A program made the translations under genes and the position numbers. Shown here in pieces: positions 59,632 to 64,000 of a stretch of 64,000 bases of DNA (the first letter of the stretch is position 1; each line of letters begins with the position of its first letter). The notes beneath the pieces are model-generated. The model was not told where the DNA came from, made no database searches, and saw nothing but the letters and a program-made list of their open reading frames with translations. This DNA is from an uncultured cyanobacterium (lineage in GTDB: Bacteria; Cyanobacteriota; Cyanobacteriia; PCC-9006; JAAUQQ01), in contig OY970368.1 of the NCBI GenBank assembly GCA_963718615.1, positions 4,512,001 through 4,576,000 on the forward strand, in the 5' to 3' direction.

Positions 59632-60606
59632 GTGAAGCTTCGCTCCTTTCTGATTTTCACCCTCGTGCTCGGCATCGCCCTGCGCTTCGCCAATCTTTCG
59701 CCCAAACACAAAGCCGTTTCCTGGGCCGAAGTCGAAGCCGCTCTGCAAGCCGCTGGCCATTCCCTCGCCCAAGTCCAATCCCAAATCCAATCCCAAATCC
59801 AATCCCAAATTGCCATCAGCCAAGCAGGCAGCATAGTTGACAACGCAACAATCATCGCTCTGCAATTTCCCCCCGACAACGCACCAGGCTTGCCCCATCC
59901 CCAAACCCTCACCCAGCGACGAATGCTATCGGCAGGACTCAGCCTCGGGTTTTTGCCCTTGGTTTATGGCTTAGCACGGTCCTTCGCGCCGATTCGCACC
60001 ATCGCCCTCTCCCTCACCGCCCTGTCTCCCCTTCATCTGATTGCCGCCCAGGAATCGCTGCCCCTCGTCCAGGGATTTGCCGTCGCGGGACCGGCGGGAC
60101 TTTCCGGCTGGGTCACCCTAGGGCTGGCCGTGGGGTTGCCCATTGCCCTCGCCGAAATGATTGGCGCTGGCTGGCATTCGCCTCGGTTTCGTCCCTGGGC
60201 ACTGCTGGTTTGGCTGGGGTTGAGCGGGGGGGCGATCGCCTACGACGGTCACTACATCCTCAACTTCAGCAGTTGGACCAAAGGCCCCACCAATGCCAAC
60301 TATCCCCTGGCCGAACTGATCCGCAAAGATCCGCACCCCATCGAGACGACCATGGCGACGGATGCCGATACATTGGCGATTTTGAGCTTGAGTCACAATC
60401 TACCAGCGGCCCAATCTTGGTTCATTTTGCCCAAGGCCGGACAACTAGCGGTTCCTCTGGGGGTGTCGGGTGATGTTTATCTCTATCGCCCCTCTACCGA
60501 GCGGTTGGACCAGGCACAATCCCAGGGAGAACTGGAGGCGATCGCCCCGGATCTCTGGCGGCTGAAAACCGTCCTGACGAAGTTCTGTACTCCATTGTTA
60601 AGATAG
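59632..60606 (+). CDS. Membrane protein; degenerate ArnT/GT39-like glycosyltransferase relative
   Basis: LGIALRFANL, ALSPLHLIAAQE, ILSLSHNL; much shorter than intact family members; internal (QSQI)3 repeat at 59774-59810. Confidence 0.5.
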   Translation: MKLRSFLIFTLVLGIALRFANLSPKHKAVSWAEVEAALQAAGHSLAQVQSQIQSQIQSQIAISQAGSIVDNATIIALQFPPDNAPGLPHPQTLTQRRMLSAGLSLGFLPLVYGLARSFAPIRTIALSLTALSPLHLIAAQESLPLVQGFAVAGPAGLSGWVTLGLAVGLPIALAEMIGAGWHSPRFRPWALLVWLGLSGGAIAYDGHYILNFSSWTKGPTNANYPLAELIRKDPHPIETTMATDADTLAILSLSHNLPAAQSWFILPKAGQLAVPLGVSGDVYLYRPSTERLDQAQSQGELEAIAPDLWRLKTVLTKFCTPLLR

Positions 60607-60712
60607 AAGGCAGAATGCAAGCCATTCCGGCGCAAGATTCCAGCGCAAGACCTCCCCAGATCGAGACCCAAAACCCAGATCTAGTCCAGACCCAGACCCA
60701 GAATCCAGAACT

Positions 60713-61276
60713 ATGGCCGCAGCAATCCTTGTTGAGAAGAAAAAGCTGAAGAATCCTCCCCTTGATGTTTATCAATTGGGCGATCGCGTTCTGCGGCAGC
60801 CCGCAAAGCGCATTACGAAAGTGGACGATAGCCTGCGCAAGCTCATCCGCGAGATGCTGCAAACCATGTACAGCGAAGATGGGATTGGCTTGGCAGCGCC
60901 CCAGGTGGGCGTCAACAAGCAACTGCTGGTGATCGATCTCAATCTGGAAGAAGCTGCAACGCCGCCCCTGGTAATGATTAACCCCGTGATCAAACGCAGC
61001 AGCAAGGACATTGCCCTCGACCAAGAAGGCTGTCTCAGCATCCCCGGCGTGTTTCTCGACGTCAAGCGTCCCGTGGCCATCGAAGTCACCTACAAGGACG
61101 AAAACGGTCGACCCCAAACCCTCCAGGCCACGGATTTACTGGCCCGCGTCATTCAGCATGAACTCGACCACCTCAACGGCGTGCTGTTCGTCGATCGGGT
61201 TGAAAATAAAATTGCCCTGACCCAAGAACTGACAAAACAGGGGTTTGAGACAAAAGCCGTGCGATCATTAACGTGA
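60713..61276 (+). CDS. def: Peptide deformylase
   Basis: GIGLAAPQVG, EGCLSIP, QHELDHLNG. Confidence 0.97.
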   Translation: MAAAILVEKKKLKNPPLDVYQLGDRVLRQPAKRITKVDDSLRKLIREMLQTMYSEDGIGLAAPQVGVNKQLLVIDLNLEEAATPPLVMINPVIKRSSKDIALDQEGCLSIPGVFLDVKRPVAIEVTYKDENGRPQTLQATDLLARVIQHELDHLNGVLFVDRVENKIALTQELTKQGFETKAVRSLT

Positions 61277-61310
61277 AAGTTTTAACCCTGAATCTCTTAG
61301 ACCTTTGATT

Positions 61311-61511
61311 ATGGTTGCTACTCCCAAAAGCTCACTGTTTCTCGGGCTCTGTTGCATTCTGGCGATCGCCGCCACAGGCTGCATTTTTGAACTCTCTTCC
61401 GGCGAACCGGACTTGGGCATGGGGGTCACCGGGGCAATTTTGGCCGTGAGTATTCCCGCCAGTATTGCCTGTTTTTTCCTAGCGGTGCGGGCTGCCCGCG
61501 AAGCGATGTAA
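61311..61511 (+). CDS. Small two-TM hypothetical protein
   Basis: AIAATGCIFELSSGEPDLG between two hydrophobic helices. Confidence 0.7.
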   Translation: MVATPKSSLFLGLCCILAIAATGCIFELSSGEPDLGMGVTGAILAVSIPASIACFFLAVRAAREAM

Positions 61512-61547
61512 ACTGACCCATTCGCTGATTTTCAGGACCGATAGGAC

Positions 61548-62930
61548 ATGGTGGGTCCCGCTTCGTCCCAGGCCTTTCTGCGCCAGATCGCCCCGGAAAA
61601 CGCTGCCCCCCCTGACAGCCGTTATCCTGGTCAACCTGGTGAGACGATCGATCGCTGGCATTTACTCTCTTGCAGCGAAGAGGTTCACATTGGGCGCGAT
61701 CCCCGCTGCGCGATTGTCGTGGAGGCTAGCCAGCATCGGGCGGTGTCCCGTCACCATGCGGTGGTGCGTCCGGTGGCTTCGACCTGGGAATTGTGCGACC
61801 TCAACAGTGCCAATGGCACCTATCTCAATGGCGATCGCCTCTGGGGCTGTCGGATGTTGGGACGGGGCGATCGCATTCAGCTTGGTCAGTCGGGTCCGGT
61901 TTTTGTCTTTGAATACCGAGAGTCAACCGATGTTGGGCCGGGACGCTTAACAGAGCGCTTAACGGGACATGTCGGAACCCGGTCAGTGACACCGCCCCCT
62001 CAGCCCGTCACCTTCACCCAGCTCTTTCCGATTCTGTCGACGGGTCAAGACTTGGCCCATAAAGCCTATTTAATTCCGGGCAGCGTTACCGTTTTAGTCG
62101 TAGTTTCGCTGTTTTTGACCGTTGGCGAACCCCAGCAATTTAATCCCCTGTTAGCGAGCTATTTGGGGGCAGCGGGCTATTACTTTGTCTATCGGCTGTG
62201 CGGCAAACACAAGCCCTGGTGGCTGTTGGTGGGCACCGCTGCCTTTACCTTTGCCCTGCTGAATAGTCCGTTGTTGACGCTGTTTATCTGGTTTTTTCGA
62301 GGGGTTTTGCCCGGTCAATTGCCCCAGCCCCACGAAACCCTCGGCCCATTGGCGCTGTTTGGGCGCATGTTTTTGGGGGCAGGGCTGATGGAAGAGTTGA
62401 TCAAGGCAATCCCGGTTTTGGGAGTTTTGCTCCTGGGCCGGTTTGTGTCGCCCCGCTGGCAATCCCAGGTGGGGATCCGCGAGCCCTTGGATGGAATTTT
62501 GCTGGGGGCAGCTTCGGCGGTGGGGTTTACGCTGCTCGAAACCCTGGGCCAGTATGTTCCTAATGTGACCCATGTCAATGCCCTAGAGGTGGGCCTATCC
62601 AATGCCCAGTTGGCGGGGCTACAGCTTTTGATTCCGCGCTTGTTGGGGTCGATCGCCGGCCACATGGCCTATAGCGGCTATCTGGGCTATTTCATTGGTC
62701 TCAGCGTTCTCGTGCCCCACCACCGTTGGCGCATTTTGATTGTGGGTTACGGCACTGCGGCTTTGCTCCATGCGCTCTGGAATGTCATGGGCAGCTACAG
62801 TGCTTTTTTGCTGGTTTTGGTGGGGGTGCTGTCCTATGCCTTTCTGGTAGCCGCGATTCTCAAGGCTCGCGCCCTGTCGCCAACCCGCGCCCAGAACTTT
62901 GCCACAAGATTTTCTCAAGATCCTCCCTAA
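61548..62930 (+). CDS. FHA domain fused to PrsW-family intramembrane protease
   Basis: IGRD, VSRHHA, DLNSANGTYLN (FHA); EELIK, GFTLLE, GH, LHALWN (PrsW). Confidence 0.9.
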   Translation: MVGPASSQAFLRQIAPENAAPPDSRYPGQPGETIDRWHLLSCSEEVHIGRDPRCAIVVEASQHRAVSRHHAVVRPVASTWELCDLNSANGTYLNGDRLWGCRMLGRGDRIQLGQSGPVFVFEYRESTDVGPGRLTERLTGHVGTRSVTPPPQPVTFTQLFPILSTGQDLAHKAYLIPGSVTVLVVVSLFLTVGEPQQFNPLLASYLGAAGYYFVYRLCGKHKPWWLLVGTAAFTFALLNSPLLTLFIWFFRGVLPGQLPQPHETLGPLALFGRMFLGAGLMEELIKAIPVLGVLLLGRFVSPRWQSQVGIREPLDGILLGAASAVGFTLLETLGQYVPNVTHVNALEVGLSNAQLAGLQLLIPRLLGSIAGHMAYSGYLGYFIGLSVLVPHHRWRILIVGYGTAALLHALWNVMGSYSAFLLVLVGVLSYAFLVAAILKARALSPTRAQNFATRFSQDPP

Positions 62931-63179
62931 GCCATTCCCCAGCGGCTTCAGCCGTCCGCAAGGGGGTTGCTCCTCCCCTCAAGCACCGGGGTCAATGCCC
63001 TGGTCAGCCGATGGGCCGATCTCTAAACTGGCTACTCAAGCTCAACCGTCGTTGTCTTGTTCGCGTCGGGGTAACTCAGTTGAAGCGATATAGATATCAG
63101 GTCTCAATGCTTTCGAGAGGTCCCTCCGGAAGCGTTGCGAATTGATATAGAGTCTTTTTTGATGCGCAAAGGATAGACC

Positions 63180-64000
63180 ATGAAGATTTTTCGTCGGGTG
63201 CTCCCTGCGGCTACGGCCTCACTGGCCGCTTCGGTTACGGCCTCGTTGCTCCTGAGCACGGCCCTAGTGAACCCACCGACCCAAGCTCAAACCACATTTG
63301 GCAAGCAAGAAGTCGATCAACAGCGCTATGTGGCGATCGCCTCTCCCATCGGCGGCGGTGCCAGTCACCAGCTTTTGGTCGTAGAACAAATTAAAGATTC
63401 TCCCCTCTGTTGGAGTGAGTCGGGCAGTGCGCCAACCCTGGTTAATCCGCTGCTGCTGACCTTTAACTTCTCGGGGATTTGCGGTCGCAGTACCGATGCC
63501 AACGGCTATTCCATCCGCGTGGCGGATCAGGATTTGGCGCTGCAATATAGCGTGGCTGTGGTTCACCAAGGCGGTGATTTGGTATTAATTGGTCGTCCCC
63601 AAAGTCGTCAGAACCCGTCCCTAGAGATCGGTCGAGCCTACGGCGATACGACGGATTTTGCCAAAATCGTCCTCAATCCTGGCTGGCGCTTTACCCGCCG
63701 GACCTTCAATGGTCAAACCCTGGGCCATGTTTACCTGACCAATGACCAGTCCCTAGCCAGTCTGACCGGACAAAGCACGGCCCAAAATCCACCGCCGACC
63801 CCTACTCCTACGCCAACGCCGACGCCGACGCCCACACCGACCCCTACGCCGACAACACCCGCGATTCAATTCAGCGATATCAGCACCGATCTCTATCGCA
63901 CAGAAATCGAGCAGGCCGTGTCCCTAGGATTTGTCAGTGGATTTGAAAACGGGACGTTCCGCCCCACGGAGTCGCTGACGCGGGAGCAACTGGTTTCCAT
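63180..64000 (+). CDS. DUF3747 plus Pro/Thr linker plus S-layer homology protein; runs off the window and is absent from the ORF track
   Basis: MKIFRR signal peptide; QLLVVEQI..CW.E.G...NPLLLTFNFSGICGRSTDANGYSIR; (PT)n at about 63795-63860; FSDI...GFVSGFENGTFRPTESLTREQ. Confidence 0.88.
   Translation, partial: MKIFRRVLPAATASLAASVTASLLLSTALVNPPTQAQTTFGKQEVDQQRYVAIASPIGGGASHQLLVVEQIKDSPLCWSESGSAPTLVNPLLLTFNFSGICGRSTDANGYSIRVADQDLALQYSVAVVHQGGDLVLIGRPQSRQNPSLEIGRAYGDTTDFAKIVLNPGWRFTRRTFNGQTLGHVYLTNDQSLASLTGQSTAQNPPPTPTPTPTPTPTPTPTPTPTTPAIQFSDISTDLYRTEIEQAVSLGFVSGFENGTFRPTESLTREQLVS

Larger units (their letters stand above)
1..64000. repeat. HIP1 octamer GCGATCGC, dispersed and abundant
   Basis: Many copies in core genes (e.g. 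39, 2320, 7477). By eye it is absent from about 2330-7470 and sparse in 39.3-47.3 kb and 55.3-58.7 kb. Confidence 0.95.

Noticed and set aside
62940-63170. Structured RNA between the PrsW and DUF3747 genes
   Set aside because: Only short GC hairpins; no recognisable RNA family.
1-64000. CRISPR array, rRNA or tRNA genes
   Set aside because: No regularly spaced 25-40 bp repeats with unique spacers and no cloverleaf or rRNA-like sequence seen by eye.

Overview
Cyanobacterial chromosomal window, judged from the dense HIP1 GCGATCGC octamers and genes for CP12, a Uma2 protein and a DUF3747-SLH protein. The core backbone carries the 3' end of an Ols/CurM-type PKS (KR-ACP-sulfotransferase-thioesterase), dcd, rph, a ClC-CBS-USP channel, ychF, rpmB, gyrA, cysK, a CbiG-CobJ fusion, hydA and def. 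Three accessory tracts interrupt it. (1) 2.5-6.85 kb: an IS1-disrupted Uma2 gene followed by what looks like a decayed integron not shown in the ORF track, with a frameshifted intI N-terminal remnant, an attI-like site, one clean attC site, a cassette for a secreted unknown protein and a Fic cassette. (2) 39.4-50 kb: an AT-richer island with a two-component system divergent from an eight-gene thiol-redox operon (exported thioredoxin, CcdA, TrxB, Trx, Prx-like, LOG, DUF3179, NrtS-like), followed by an HtxB/PhnD-like ABC transporter. (3) 53.5-59.5 kb: a pseudogene-rich tract with an IS3 element lacking a target duplication, an IS1-split pentapeptide gene, an HNH gene pair and a NACHT-type tail remnant. 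A standalone 'hypothetical' at 31955-33019 has the motif layout of LCIB-type carbonic anhydrases. I saw no rRNA, tRNA or CRISPR array. All family calls come from motif recognition by eye; no searches were run.
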